Source: Methanomicrobiales archaeon
GTDB taxonomy: Archaea; Halobacteriota; Methanomicrobia; Methanomicrobiales; JACTUA01
DNA: 61,181 nt
Reading direction: 5' to 3'
Assembly (NCBI GenBank): GCA_030019205.1
Contig: JASEFH010000017.1
Span: 1 to 61,181 of the forward strand
Shown here: one piece after another, positions 60,679 through 61,181 of the stretch
Layout: each line of letters begins with the position of its first letter
How positions within the stretch are numbered: the stretch's first letter is position 1
Position numbers and translations under genes: made by a program
Notes under the pieces: generated by a model
What the model saw: only the letters and a program-made list of their open reading frames with translations
Database searches by the model: none
What the model was told of the DNA's origin: nothing

Positions 60679-61181
60679 CGTTCGTATCTGGGGACTAGCT
60701 TCTTAAAGGCCTCGATCCAACTGAAGAACCGTTCAACCGCACCCCGTTTCTTGTAGAGATTCTTATCAAACCGAACCGGTCTTCCCCGCTTGGGATATTT
60801 CCGGTTTCTGGGATTGATCGGGATATTGCTTTTTATGCCTCGTTTCCGAGTGTACTGTCGGATCTCCTGGGAATCATAGGCGGCATCGGCGGAGATGACG
60901 GCCGGTTTCTCCGTGGTTCCGGGAATCGTGAATGCTGCAACCGTTGGTTCAAACAGGCGAGAATCATGGATGTTCGCCGGGGCGACCCTGCAGGCCAGCG
61001 GGAGACCCTGCTCATCGACCAGAACGCTCAGTTTGTTTCCTTTCACCTTTTTGTAACCGTCAAAGCCGATGTTTCCCCTTTTTTGGCGGGAATCGATTTG
61101 GTATCGGTGATGCAATGGACCAGGTCGAGTCGCTGGATGTCATAGCCGGACTGCAGCAGGTCGAGGAAGATCGCCTGATAC
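60590..61181 (-). mobile_element. IS5-family insertion sequence (partial; continues beyond the window) with frameshifted DDE transposase
   Basis: Transposase C-terminal part (…GNIGFDGYKKVKGNKLSVLVDEQGLPLACRVAPANIHDSRL…ISADAAYDS…) in ORF 60609..61115. The upstream part (…YQAIFLDLLQSGYDIQRLDLVHCITDTKSIPAKKG) is in the 0 frame, joined at an A6G run (61084-61096). Confidence 0.75.

Noticed and set aside
1-61181. CRISPR arrays or rRNA genes
   Set aside because: No regularly spaced direct repeats and no rRNA-like conserved blocks were seen anywhere in the window.

Overview
The window is GC-rich (roughly 65%, by eye) and its gene content points to a euryarchaeal, methanogen-like chromosome. The evidence is a cupin-type PGI, an Hjc-like nuclease, an HFX_2341-like regulator, archaeal-type PAS histidine kinases, TATA-like AT-rich promoter islands and a tRNA with no encoded CCA. 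From 1 to about 51.4 kb the region looks like core chromosome. It carries a glycogen/maltodextrin catabolic cluster (ROK glucokinase, amylomaltase, alpha-glucan phosphorylase, divergent cupin PGI), a membrane-stress cluster (PspC, PEGA lipoprotein, SPFH, HtrA) and five two-component signalling genes, including a giant kinase with an internal tandem duplication. It also carries two PiT-DUF47 phosphate transporter pairs, QueC, a TreT-like GT4 and a LivKHM/GF branched-chain amino-acid ABC transporter. Two genes are visibly disrupted: an in-frame TAG in a REC-PAS response regulator and a 1-nt frameshift in a class-III aminotransferase. There are also several unusually long (0.7-1 kb) GC-rich stretches with no convincing reading frame, at least one of which holds a gene remnant. 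A tRNA-Gly(CCC) at 51493-51563 marks the start of a lower-GC mosaic island that runs to the window end. The island holds a decayed tyrosine integrase, a wHTH-DUF3467 pair, a Hjc-like nuclease with a small membrane protein and an HFX_2341-like regulator. It also holds an orphan type I hsdM followed directly by a Schlafen-like AlbA_2/HATPase_c_4 gene, a very low-GC two-gene cassette and a partial IS5-family insertion sequence with a frameshifted transposase. I found no CRISPR array and no rRNA. All calls come from reading the sequence and the ORF translations; no database search was run.
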